NCBI GenBank assembly: GCA_947626555.1
Contig: CANQSP010000003.1
Coordinates: 1-56,938 of the forward strand
Reading direction: 5' to 3'
Length of the DNA stretch: 56,938 nt
Source: an uncultured Clostridia bacterium
GTDB lineage: Bacteria; Bacillota; Clostridia; TANB77; CAG-508
Under the pieces are notes generated by a model. The model saw nothing but the letters and a program-made list of their open reading frames with translations. It was not told the origin of the DNA and made no database searches. The position numbers were made by a program, and so were the translations under genes. Below are positions 20,958 through 31,443 of this stretch, in pieces. Each line of letters begins with the position of its first letter. The first letter of the stretch is position 1.

Positions 20958-23900
20958 ATGGAATATAGAAATTTGAATATAAAAGGTGCAGTATTAAATA
21001 ATGATCAATTACAAAATTATTTGGAAAAAATTGCATCAGATCATGTACTTATAAATACAAGTGAAAAAGATACTTATCCAATTCCAAAATTAAAAGAAAA
21101 TTATGAGGTTATAAAGGAAATTTATAATCTTTTAAATGAGCATATAAAAATAGGATTGCCAATTCATCCAGCAGGAGAGTGGCTTTTAGATAATTTTTAT
21201 ATAATAGAAGAAACTATTAAAACGATAATAAAAGAATTACCACTAAAAAAATATGTAAGTTTTTTAGGTATTTCTAATGGAATGTATAAAGGGTTTGCAA
21301 GAGTTTATGTGCTCGCAGCTGAAATAGTTGCTTATACAGATAATAGAATAGATGGGAAAAATATAAGTGATTTATTAAATAGTTATCAAAAAAAGAAAAC
21401 TTTAAGTATGGAAGAAATATGGAATATAGGACTATTTATGCAAATAGCTTTAATACAAAACATAAAGGATATTTGTGAAAAAATATATTTTAGTCAGATG
21501 CAGAAGTATAGAGTAGAAAATATTATAGAAAGATTAGTGGAAAATAAAGATGAATTGAAATACAAAAATTTATCTAATTATAAGTCAAAAGTAAAAGGAT
21601 ATGGAGAGATGAAATATCCCTTTATTGAGTATATGTCATATAGACTAAAGCGTTATGGAAAATCTGCATCTGCATTTATGAATGTATTAGAAGAACAAGT
21701 AAATAAAATGGGTACAACCATTGATGAAGTAATACAAAAAGAACATTTTGATATAGCAGTAAAAAAAGTCAGTATGGCAAATTGCATAACAAGTATTAAG
21801 GAATTACTTAGAATAGATTTCTTACAAATATTTGAAAAAATAAATGGAGTAGAAGAAATATTAAAAAAAGACCCTGTAGGAATTTATCCTAAAATGGATT
21901 ATAAAACAAAAGAGTATTATAGAAATAAAATTAAAGAGCTTTCAAAAAAAACTAAAATATCTGAAATATATATTGCACAAAAAGTTCTAGAACTTGCTGA
22001 AAAGGCTAAACTATTAGGGACGGGGTTAAATAGTTTAGCAGGAAAAAATAGTAATAGTAATATTTCGCAAAATAAGAATGAAAGTGCTAAACTATTTAAC
22101 CCCGTCCCTAATAGTTTAGCCAATAGTATAGTCTCACATGTAGGCTATTATTTAATAGATGATGGCGAAAATATATTATTGGACAAACTTCAATCAGGAG
22201 TAAAGAAAAAGTTAAGTACCAAACTTAAAGTACGAAGGTTTTTGGCTACAATATGGGGAGCAAGTGTAGTTATAGATATACTAATTTGTATTTTACTGGC
22301 TTTACAGTTAAATATATTGACACGAGGAGCACAAGTACAATTTGGTAATATTGTTTTAATTATATTTACAGCAATTATTTTATTACTTCCAATTCAGGAA
22401 GTCATACAGCAAATAGTAAAACATGTAATGGGAAAAATAGTAAAGCCTAAAATTATTCCAAAGTTAGATTTTCAACACGGTGTTCCAAAAGAGGCTGCTA
22501 CTTTTGTGGTTATTCCAACTATAATTAAAAGTAAAGAAAAAGTTGCAGATTTGATGAAACGTTTAGAAGTATACTATTTAGCAAATAAAAGTGATAATTT
22601 GTATTTTGCTCTTTTAGGTGATTGTTCATCTGGAAAAAATAAAGAAGAAAGCTTTGATAAAGAAGTAAAAGAAGAGGGAATAAAACAGGTAAAATTATTG
22701 AATGAAAAATACAATGTTAAAGAAAATGAAATGCCGAAATTTAGCTTTATTTACAGAAAAAGATTTTGGAATGGAAGTGAAGAATGTTATTTAGGTTGGG
22801 AAAGGAAAAGAGGATTATTAAATCAATTTAATGAGTATTTATTAGGAAATGAAAAAAATGTTTTTAAAGTAAATACTTTAGAGAGTTGGAGGAAAAAAGA
22901 AAATTTAAAAGCACTAAATAAAAATGCAACAAGTAATACAGGGGTTGAAAGTGAATCTTATAATTTTGCTAAGATTAAATATATTATAACTTTAGATGCA
23001 GATACAGAATTAAGTTTAAATACAGGTTTGGAGCTAATAGGTGCAATGGAACATGTACTAAATGCACCTATGCTTAATGAACAAAAAGATTTGGTAATTA
23101 GAGGTCATGGGTTAATACAACCAAGAGTAGGAATAGATTTAGAGGCTAGTAAAAAGAATTTATTTACGAAGATATTTGCAGGAAATGGTGGAACAGATCC
23201 ATATACTAATGCCATTTCAGATGTATATCAAGATAATTTTGATGAAGGAATCTTTACAGGAAAAGGAATTTATAATTTAGAGGTTTTTTCTAGAGTTCTT
23301 AACAACGAAATTCCAGAAAATACTGTTTTGAGCCATGATTTATTAGAAGGAAGTTATTTAAGATGTGCATTAGCTACAGATATAATGTTATTAGATGGAT
23401 ATCCAGCAAATTATAACAGTTTTAAAACAAGACAGAACAGATGGGTTAGAGGAGATTTTCAAATTGCTAGTTGGCTGAGAAAATATATTATAGATAGAAA
23501 ACAAAATAAGAAAAAGAATCCACTTAACTTTTTATCAAAATATAAAATTTTCGACAATTTAGTAAGAGCTATAACTCCAATTTTTATAGTAATTTTATTA
23601 ATTATAGCTACTAGTTTATCTATAATTCAAAATTCTTCTATGTGGGAATTGTATGCTGTAGCAATTTTGGCAATTTTTATACCAACAGTCATAGACGTTG
23701 TTAATAAAATTATATATAGAAAAGAAGGACAAGATGGAAAGAAAAGTTTTAGTCCCAATATAAATTCTTTGCTTGCCAGCGTTTTGAGAAGTTTTATAAA
23801 TTTAGCTATACTTCCAGATAATAGTTATAACAACTTAAATGCTATAGTAAAAACAGTTTATAGAAAGTGTATAACTAAAAAGCATATGTTAGAATGGACA

Positions 23901-26900
23901 ACCTCAGAAGAAGCGGAAAAACTTGCAAAAACTGATTTACAATCATATTATTTTAATATGCTTCCAAATATTATATTGGGGGTATTGGGAGTACTAGTAG
24001 CTATAACTACACTAAATAATATTGTATCTAAAGGAATTGTTATTATTATATCCATTATATGGCTTATTGCACCGACTGTTATGTGGTATATAGGAAGAAC
24101 TAATAAAGTAACTAAAATAATAGATGAATTAAATGAGAAAGATAAGATTTATCTTTCCAATATTGGAATGAAAACATGGCAATATTTTAAAGATAATTTG
24201 ACTAAAGAAAATAATTATCTACCTCCAGATAATTATCAAGAAGATAGGACGCCTAAATTAGTTCCTAGGACATCTTCGACTAATATTGGATTAGCTATGT
24301 TGGCAGTAATATCAAGTTATGATATGAGATATGAGAAATTAGATGATACACTAAATTTATTAAATGAGATGATTCAAACTGTAGAAAAACTAGCTAAATG
24401 GAATGGTCACTTATATAATTGGTATGATATAAGAACGTTAGAACCATTGCTACCAAGATATATCTCGACGGTTGATAGTGGAAATTTTGTAAGCTATATT
24501 TATATTGTAAAAAAATTTTTAGAGGAAAATCTAAAAGTAGAAGAAGAGTCAAAAACTGAAAATAAAAAACGTGAAGATAATATTAATGAGCAAATAAGAG
24601 CTAATATTAAATATTTGAATGAATTAATTGAGAAAACTAATTTTAGTGTATTGTATGACGAAAGTAAAAGATTATTTTCAATAGGATATAATATAGAAGA
24701 AAATAAATTAACAGATTCATATTATGATTTACTTGCTTCAGAAGCAAGGCAGGCAAGTTTAGTAGCAATAGCAAAAAAAGATGTTTCGCCAAAACATTGG
24801 TATAATTTAAGTAGAACTCTTACAACATTAAATGGATATAAAGGACTTGTATCATGGGCTGGAACATCATTTGAATATTTGATGCCAAATATAAATGTAA
24901 GAAAATATGAAGGAAGTTTATTAGATGAATCTTGTAAATTTATGATTATGAGTCAAAAGGAATATGCTAAAAAATTAGGTGTGCCATGGGGATTTTCTGA
25001 AACAGCATTTAATGTAAAAGATTTAAACAACAATTATCAGTATAAAGCAATAGGTGTCCCATGGCTTGGATTAAAAAGAGGGTTAGACGAGGATATTGTT
25101 GTTTCTACCTATGGTTCATCAATGGCAATAACAGATGAACCTCAAGAGGTAGTAAATAATTTGAGAAAATTAGAAGAAAAGCAGATGTATGGTAAATATG
25201 GCTTTTATGAATCAATTGATTATACAGCTTCAAGATTAAAAAGAAAAGAAAGATATGCAGTTGTAAAAACTTATATGGCACATCATCAAGCATTAATATT
25301 ACTTTCATTAAATAATTTATTTAATGAAAAAATACTCCAAAAAAGATTTCATGATAATCCTGAAATAGAGGCAATAGATATTTTACTTCAAGAAAGAATG
25401 CCGGAAAGTATTATAATAACGAAAGAGCAAAAAGAAAAGACAAGCAAAATAAAATATGTGGATTATGAAGATTATGCACAAAGAGTTATTACAAAACCAG
25501 ATGCAGATTTACCATGTATAAATGTAAGGTCAAATGGGAAATATACTGTAGTTACAAACTCAAAAGGAAATGGATATAGTAAATATAAGGACATTTTAAT
25601 AAATAGATTCAAAGCTACCGCAGACGAAGCACAAGGCATATTTCTTTATGTAAAAAATATAAAAAATAAAAGAATTTGGAGTTCAAACTACGAAAGTTAT
25701 TTATCTAAGCCAGATAAAATAGAAATTACTTTTTCAGAAGATATAGATAAGATTTCAAGAATTGATGGGGCTATAGAAACTGTGTTTAAAAATACAATTT
25801 CGCCTGAAGATGCAGTTGAAATAAGAAATGTAACTTTAAAAAATACAGGAATTGAAAATGAAACCTTAGAAATAACAAGTATTTTGGAGCCAGTACTTTC
25901 AACAGAAATACAAGATTATGCCCATCCTGCATTTAATAACTTGTTTTTACAATATGAGCAAATAGGAGATACAATTTTAATAAAAAGGAAGGACAGAAAA
26001 AATACATCTAAGCAAATATATATGGCAGTAAATTTTTATACAAATAACAATACTATTGGAGATATAGAGTACGAAATAGATAAAGAAAGACTATATGGAA
26101 GAGGTAATATTGAAATTCCTAATATGGTAAAACTTTCAAAACCTTTTTCAAGAAGAATTGATTTAACAATAGATCCTATTATTGCAATGAGAAGGACCAT
26201 TTTATTAAAACCTAATGAAAGTATAAATTTAAGTTTTGTAATTGCTATTTCAGAAAATAGAGAAGATGTAATTAATTTAATAAGTAAGTATTGTAATTAT
26301 GAAAGTATAAGTAAAACTTTTGAATTAAGTACTGCTCGAACTGAAGCGGAAAATAGGTATTTAGGATTAAATTATAAAAATATATTAGATTACCAAAAAA
26401 TGTTGGGATATTTATTATTTAGTAATCCTTTGAAAGAAGTAGATTCGAATGAAGGAAAAAATTATAGTCAAAGTGAACTTTGGAAATATGGAATATCTGG
26501 TGATTTACCTATACTTTTAGTAAAAATTGCAAATGTAAATGATATATATGTTTTAGAAGATATATTAAAAGCTTATGAATTTTATAGAGCTAAGAATATT
26601 GAAATAGATTTAGTAGTTCTAAATAAGGAATCAAATAGTTACGAAAGTTATGTAAAAGAAGCGATTATAAATGCCATTTTAAATAGTAATTTAGGTTATA
26701 TGCAAAACATTAGAGGAGGAATTTTCGTAATAGAAAATACAGAAGATGAAGATTTATTTGATATTAGAGCGAATTTAATAATTGAGGCAAAGAATGGAAG
26801 TATAAATAGACAGTTAAAAGATTTAGAAGAAGAGTATATAGAAAATATAAAGGAGATTGGCTATGAACCTCAAAAATTAGGAGTAACTGAAGAAGAAAAA

Positions 26901-29366
26901 ATATCTAAACCACTTAATGCAGATGAGCTTAATTATTATAATGAATATGGTGGTTTTTCCAAGGATGGAAAAGAGTATTATATTAGAATAAATAAGGAAA
27001 ATAGGCTTCCTACAGTATGGAGTAATATTCTTACAAATGAAAATTTTGGAACGATAGTTACGGAAAGTTTAGGAGGATATACTTGGACAAATTCAAATAG
27101 TAGATTAAATAAAATTACAGCATGGTCTAATAATCAAGTTTTGGATATTCCGTCTGAAATAATTTATTTACAAGATGCAGAAAGTTTAAAAACTTGGTCA
27201 ATCGGGGCAAATCCTATGCCAGACGATAATGATTACTATATAACTTATGGTTTTGGGTATGCGAAATATATGCATACAAGTAGTCAAATTTCTCAAAATT
27301 TAACAGTATTCGTTAGCAAAAATGAAAATATAAAGATAAATTTACTAAATTTAAAAAACTTAGAACCACGAAAGAAAAAGCTAAAATTAGTATATTATAT
27401 AAAGTTGGTAATGGATGAGGATGAACTTAAATCACAAGGTTATATAGAAGTTAAATTTAATAAGAATGCCAATGTATTAGAAGCTAGAAATTTAGCTAAT
27501 AGTGATTTTAAAGATATAGTTTATATTTCTAGTAGCGAAAAAATACAGTATTTTACTGCAAGTAAAAAATTTTTTGTAGGCAATGGAAGTTTAGCAAATC
27601 CTGAAGCATTAAAAAGAGTAGGTTTAAATAATGAAAGTTCGTTTAACACAAATGATGTGTTAGCAATTCAAATGGAAGTAGAATTAGAAGCGTTCGAATC
27701 AAGGGATATATCAATACTTCTAGGTGCTGAAAAAGAGCAAATCAATTGTGAAGATAATGCATATAAATATTGTAAAATAGGAAATTGTATTAATGAGTTG
27801 GATAGTGTTCAAAATTATTGGAAGAATACAGTAAATAGAGTAGAGGTAAAAACTCCAATGGAATCGTTTAATATACTTTTAAACGGATGGCTTAATTATC
27901 AAATAATAGCAAGTAGACTTTGGGCAAGAACAGGATTTTATCAATCTGGTGGTGCATACGGCTTTAGAGACCAGTTACAAGATACAATAGCTTTAAAATA
28001 TATAAATCCAGACTTTATGAAAAATCAAATTATAAAGCATAGCAAGCATCAGTTCATAGAAGGAGATGTTGAACATTGGTGGCATGATTCTACGTCAAGG
28101 GGAATAAGAACAAGGTTTTCAGATGATTTATTGTGGCTTGTGTATTTAGTTATTGAATATATTGAATTTACAGGAGATTATAATATATTAAAAGAGGTTA
28201 CTCCATATAGAAAAGGTGAAATTTTGGAAGATGGAGTAGATGAAAAGTATGATTTATATACTGAATCTCAAGAAGTAGGTACGATTTTTGAGCATTGTAT
28301 AAGAGCAATAGAAAAATCACTTAATTTTGGAGAAAATGGGTTGCCTAAAATTGGTTCAGGTGATTGGAATGATGGTTTTAGTACTGTTGGAAATAAAGGA
28401 AAAGGGGAAAGTGTATGGCTTGGATTTTTCTTATATGATGTATTAAATAGATGGATTCCAATTATGGAGAAATCATATATAATAAATGAAGAAAATAATG
28501 AAAAGATAGATTTAATAGAAAAATATAAAAACATAATAGAAAATTTAAAAAGAGCATTAAATAATAAAGCTTGGGATGGAAGATGGTATAGAAGAGCATA
28601 TACAGATGATGGAAATATTTTAGGAACTATAGAAAATGAGGAATGTAGAATAGATGGTATTTCTCAAAGTTGGGCAACAATTTCTGGTGCGGGGGATAAT
28701 GATAAGAAATATATTTCTATGGAAAGCTTAGAAAATCATTTAATAGATAGAGAAAATGGAATAATAAAATTATTAGATCCACCTTTTGAAAAAAGTAAGT
28801 TGGAACCAGGTTATATAAAGGCTTATTTGCCAGGTACAAGAGAAAATGGAGGACAATATACACATGCAGCAATATGGGCAATTATTGCAGAAGCAAAACT
28901 TGGTTTTGGAGATAAAGCAGTAGAATTATTTAGAATGATAAATCCTATAGAACATTCAAGGACAAGGGAAGCAGCTAATAAATACAAAGTAGAGCCATAT
29001 GTTATAGCAGCAGACATTTATGGTCATTCAAATTTAGCAGGTAGAGGTGGTTGGACATGGTATACAGGTTCGAGCAGTTGGATGCAAATTGCAGGAATTG
29101 AATATATATTAGGACTAAAAATAAAAAATAAAGTATTAAGATTAGAACCATGCATTCCAGCAACATGGAAAGAATATTTTATAAGATATAGATATGCAAA
29201 TACAATTTATAATATAACTGTAAAAAGAGAAGAAAGCTTAACACCAAATAATGAAGTGTTCAATACAAGTGTAAAGAAGTTTATAGTTAATGGTAAACAA
29301 ATAGAAGAAAAAGAAATTTTGCTTGATGAAAATGGTGGAATTATAGAAATAGAAGTGGAAATTTAG
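20958..29366 (+). CDS. Cyclic beta-1,2-glucan synthase-like protein (NdvB/Cgs type: glycosyltransferase + glucoamylase-like + GH94 phosphorylase domains)
   Basis: EWLLDNFY, GWERKRG, TLDADT, FTGKGIY, LSHDLLEG, RQNRWVRGD, YDLLASEAR, QSGGAYGFRDQLQD, GDWNDG, ENGGQYTH, GRGGWTWYTGS; about 2800 aa. Confidence 0.85.
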   Translation: MEYRNLNIKGAVLNNDQLQNYLEKIASDHVLINTSEKDTYPIPKLKENYEVIKEIYNLLNEHIKIGLPIHPAGEWLLDNFYIIEETIKTIIKELPLKKYVSFLGISNGMYKGFARVYVLAAEIVAYTDNRIDGKNISDLLNSYQKKKTLSMEEIWNIGLFMQIALIQNIKDICEKIYFSQMQKYRVENIIERLVENKDELKYKNLSNYKSKVKGYGEMKYPFIEYMSYRLKRYGKSASAFMNVLEEQVNKMGTTIDEVIQKEHFDIAVKKVSMANCITSIKELLRIDFLQIFEKINGVEEILKKDPVGIYPKMDYKTKEYYRNKIKELSKKTKISEIYIAQKVLELAEKAKLLGTGLNSLAGKNSNSNISQNKNESAKLFNPVPNSLANSIVSHVGYYLIDDGENILLDKLQSGVKKKLSTKLKVRRFLATIWGASVVIDILICILLALQLNILTRGAQVQFGNIVLIIFTAIILLLPIQEVIQQIVKHVMGKIVKPKIIPKLDFQHGVPKEAATFVVIPTIIKSKEKVADLMKRLEVYYLANKSDNLYFALLGDCSSGKNKEESFDKEVKEEGIKQVKLLNEKYNVKENEMPKFSFIYRKRFWNGSEECYLGWERKRGLLNQFNEYLLGNEKNVFKVNTLESWRKKENLKALNKNATSNTGVESESYNFAKIKYIITLDADTELSLNTGLELIGAMEHVLNAPMLNEQKDLVIRGHGLIQPRVGIDLEASKKNLFTKIFAGNGGTDPYTNAISDVYQDNFDEGIFTGKGIYNLEVFSRVLNNEIPENTVLSHDLLEGSYLRCALATDIMLLDGYPANYNSFKTRQNRWVRGDFQIASWLRKYIIDRKQNKKKNPLNFLSKYKIFDNLVRAITPIFIVILLIIATSLSIIQNSSMWELYAVAILAIFIPTVIDVVNKIIYRKEGQDGKKSFSPNINSLLASVLRSFINLAILPDNSYNNLNAIVKTVYRKCITKKHMLEWTTSEEAEKLAKTDLQSYYFNMLPNIILGVLGVLVAITTLNNIVSKGIVIIISIIWLIAPTVMWYIGRTNKVTKIIDELNEKDKIYLSNIGMKTWQYFKDNLTKENNYLPPDNYQEDRTPKLVPRTSSTNIGLAMLAVISSYDMRYEKLDDTLNLLNEMIQTVEKLAKWNGHLYNWYDIRTLEPLLPRYISTVDSGNFVSYIYIVKKFLEENLKVEEESKTENKKREDNINEQIRANIKYLNELIEKTNFSVLYDESKRLFSIGYNIEENKLTDSYYDLLASEARQASLVAIAKKDVSPKHWYNLSRTLTTLNGYKGLVSWAGTSFEYLMPNINVRKYEGSLLDESCKFMIMSQKEYAKKLGVPWGFSETAFNVKDLNNNYQYKAIGVPWLGLKRGLDEDIVVSTYGSSMAITDEPQEVVNNLRKLEEKQMYGKYGFYESIDYTASRLKRKERYAVVKTYMAHHQALILLSLNNLFNEKILQKRFHDNPEIEAIDILLQERMPESIIITKEQKEKTSKIKYVDYEDYAQRVITKPDADLPCINVRSNGKYTVVTNSKGNGYSKYKDILINRFKATADEAQGIFLYVKNIKNKRIWSSNYESYLSKPDKIEITFSEDIDKISRIDGAIETVFKNTISPEDAVEIRNVTLKNTGIENETLEITSILEPVLSTEIQDYAHPAFNNLFLQYEQIGDTILIKRKDRKNTSKQIYMAVNFYTNNNTIGDIEYEIDKERLYGRGNIEIPNMVKLSKPFSRRIDLTIDPIIAMRRTILLKPNESINLSFVIAISENREDVINLISKYCNYESISKTFELSTARTEAENRYLGLNYKNILDYQKMLGYLLFSNPLKEVDSNEGKNYSQSELWKYGISGDLPILLVKIANVNDIYVLEDILKAYEFYRAKNIEIDLVVLNKESNSYESYVKEAIINAILNSNLGYMQNIRGGIFVIENTEDEDLFDIRANLIIEAKNGSINRQLKDLEEEYIENIKEIGYEPQKLGVTEEEKISKPLNADELNYYNEYGGFSKDGKEYYIRINKENRLPTVWSNILTNENFGTIVTESLGGYTWTNSNSRLNKITAWSNNQVLDIPSEIIYLQDAESLKTWSIGANPMPDDNDYYITYGFGYAKYMHTSSQISQNLTVFVSKNENIKINLLNLKNLEPRKKKLKLVYYIKLVMDEDELKSQGYIEVKFNKNANVLEARNLANSDFKDIVYISSSEKIQYFTASKKFFVGNGSLANPEALKRVGLNNESSFNTNDVLAIQMEVELEAFESRDISILLGAEKEQINCEDNAYKYCKIGNCINELDSVQNYWKNTVNRVEVKTPMESFNILLNGWLNYQIIASRLWARTGFYQSGGAYGFRDQLQDTIALKYINPDFMKNQIIKHSKHQFIEGDVEHWWHDSTSRGIRTRFSDDLLWLVYLVIEYIEFTGDYNILKEVTPYRKGEILEDGVDEKYDLYTESQEVGTIFEHCIRAIEKSLNFGENGLPKIGSGDWNDGFSTVGNKGKGESVWLGFFLYDVLNRWIPIMEKSYIINEENNEKIDLIEKYKNIIENLKRALNNKAWDGRWYRRAYTDDGNILGTIENEECRIDGISQSWATISGAGDNDKKYISMESLENHLIDRENGIIKLLDPPFEKSKLEPGYIKAYLPGTRENGGQYTHAAIWAIIAEAKLGFGDKAVELFRMINPIEHSRTREAANKYKVEPYVIAADIYGHSNLAGRGGWTWYTGSSSWMQIAGIEYILGLKIKNKVLRLEPCIPATWKEYFIRYRYANTIYNITVKREESLTPNNEVFNTSVKKFIVNGKQIEEKEILLDENGGIIEIEVEI
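22004..22121. repeat. GGGACGG repeat doublet inside the glucan synthase CDS, frame preserved
   Basis: Perfect 37-bp IR 22004-22040/22085-22121, same unit as at 20547. Confidence 0.9.
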
Positions 29367-29474
29367 GGGACGGTTCTAAAAATCCGGAATTTTGGGACGG
29401 TCAAAAAAATTCAAAAAATAAGGGACGGTATAAAATTCAACCGTCCCTAAATTCCGGATTTTTTTGATTGTCCC
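29367..29474. repeat. GGGACGG palindromic cluster between convergent genes (may act as a bidirectional terminator)
   Basis: GGGACGG at 29367, 29394 and 29422; CCGTCCC at 29441; TGTCCC at 29469; outer arms pair imperfectly. Confidence 0.75.
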
Positions 29475-31231
29475 TACTTTCCAAGTTCTTCATGTCTTTT
29501 TATTTTTTGTGTAGTTGTTTTTATTAAAGGAACATCTGTAACAACGATTTCTCTAATATATTTGTAAGCTGGCATTGATTTGTTTATATTGTTTCTAATA
29601 TCTTGCCAAATAATATCGTGATATAAATTCTGAATGTTTGCAGTTCTTTTAGATGCTTGAAAATTAGTAATATTTTCTTTAAACATTTCTTCCATAACAT
29701 TTTTGTCATAGACAATTTTTGCACACAAGCTTAAGTCTCTATCTTTATCATTTGGTTTTGCATAAACCATACTTTCTGTCACATATGGAAGTTTATTTAT
29801 AAGTATTTCTAATTCTTCTGGGTAAATATTCTTTCCATTTTTTAATACTATAACATCTTTTTTTCTTCCAGTTATGAAAAGAAAACCATCTTTATCTATA
29901 TGACCTAAATCTCCAGTATAGAACCAGCCATCTTTTAAGACTTCATTAGTTGCTTCTTCATTATCATAATATCCAAGCATAACAGTAGGACCTTTTGCTT
30001 TTATTTCTCCAATGCCATCTTCATTTGGTGAATCTATTTCTATTTCTAAGCCAGGCAATGCAAAGCCAACAGATCCAAGTTTTTTATACTTATCGTTTTC
30101 GCCTGCAAGTACAGGAGAAGTTTCTGTAAGACCGTAACCTTGAAGTAGATTTATACCTAAATTAAGGAAACCTTGTATTGCTTCTTTACTCATAGGTGCA
30201 CCACCTGCTATTAAAATGTGTAAATTTGGTGCGAAATTATCTAAAATTTGTTTAAATACTTTTCTTCTAATATCAATACCGAATTTAAGTAAAAAGTTAC
30301 ATATGGAAGACATTACTTTGACTAACTTTGTTTTTCCTTGTTCTTCCACAGCTTTACAAATTTTTTTATACATAATTTCAAGCATAAGTGGAACGCAAAC
30401 AAAACCTGTTATATTATATTCTTTTAAATTGTTTGCTACATACCTAATACCGTCACAAAATGCAATAGTTATTCCACAATAGGTTCCATAAAGGAATGTG
30501 CAACTTGATTCAAATGTATGGTGCAAAGGTAAGAAAGATAAAAACGTATCTTCTTTTGTAACTTTTGCCATTTGTGAAAGTGCGTATATATCTGCACATA
30601 TATTGGCTTGCGATAATGCTACAGCTTTAGAAATAGCAGTAGTTCCAGAAGTAAATAACATTATAGCCATTTTATTATTATCTATAACTACTTCTTTATA
30701 TTTTGTGTTATTTTCACTTAAAAGCTTTTCTCCTTTGCTAATTAAGTCTGAATAAAATATGCAGAAATCTTCTTCAAGCTTGTCCATACAAATAAAATGT
30801 TTCAAATTTGTAGATTTGGCTATATTTAATTTTTTAAAAGTAGAAACATATTCTTTATCAAAAATAACTGCTTCAGCATTACTCCTTTTTATTAAGCCCT
30901 CAATTTCATTTTCAGGTAAGGCTTTATCTAATGGAACAACTACAATATTTGAAGTAGTTATTGCTAAATAGCTAACACACCATTCATAACGATTTGGAGC
31001 AATTATTGCAACTCTTTTTTCTGTTAAACCAAGATTAATTAGGGCAGTGCCTAGTTTTTCTATGTCAGAAACAAATTGTGCATAGGTAACTTCTATATAG
31101 TTAGTTGATTTTGGTTCTAATTTGTATTTGAATGCTAGTTTTTCAGAGTAAAGCTCTTTATACCTCTCAATTAATTCTCTAAAATTGTGTATTTCAACAT
31201 TATCATATAACTTTCTTCTTTTATCTATCAT
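29474..31231 (-). CDS. Long-chain fatty acid-CoA ligase (AMP-binding)
   Basis: FTSGTT, QGYGLTETSP, TGDLG, GRKKDVIV motifs. Confidence 0.9.
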   Translation of the reverse strand: MIDKRRKLYDNVEIHNFRELIERYKELYSEKLAFKYKLEPKSTNYIEVTYAQFVSDIEKLGTALINLGLTEKRVAIIAPNRYEWCVSYLAITTSNIVVVPLDKALPENEIEGLIKRSNAEAVIFDKEYVSTFKKLNIAKSTNLKHFICMDKLEEDFCIFYSDLISKGEKLLSENNTKYKEVVIDNNKMAIMLFTSGTTAISKAVALSQANICADIYALSQMAKVTKEDTFLSFLPLHHTFESSCTFLYGTYCGITIAFCDGIRYVANNLKEYNITGFVCVPLMLEIMYKKICKAVEEQGKTKLVKVMSSICNFLLKFGIDIRRKVFKQILDNFAPNLHILIAGGAPMSKEAIQGFLNLGINLLQGYGLTETSPVLAGENDKYKKLGSVGFALPGLEIEIDSPNEDGIGEIKAKGPTVMLGYYDNEEATNEVLKDGWFYTGDLGHIDKDGFLFITGRKKDVIVLKNGKNIYPEELEILINKLPYVTESMVYAKPNDKDRDLSLCAKIVYDKNVMEEMFKENITNFQASKRTANIQNLYHDIIWQDIRNNINKSMPAYKYIREIVVTDVPLIKTTTQKIKRHEELGK

Positions 31232-31443
31232 AAAATTTAAAATCCTTTCATTTATATTGAATTGTGAAGTTTTAAATTGGAAATATTTTCAATATTATAC
31301 TATAAAATAATAAAAATGGCAATTAAAATAAATTGTCAAAATTCACTAAATTTTGCATTTTTAATTGCCATATATGTAATATTTTCATATTATCTATTAT
31401 ATATAAGATTAAGTATATTGTATCTTGTCAAAATTCATGTATT

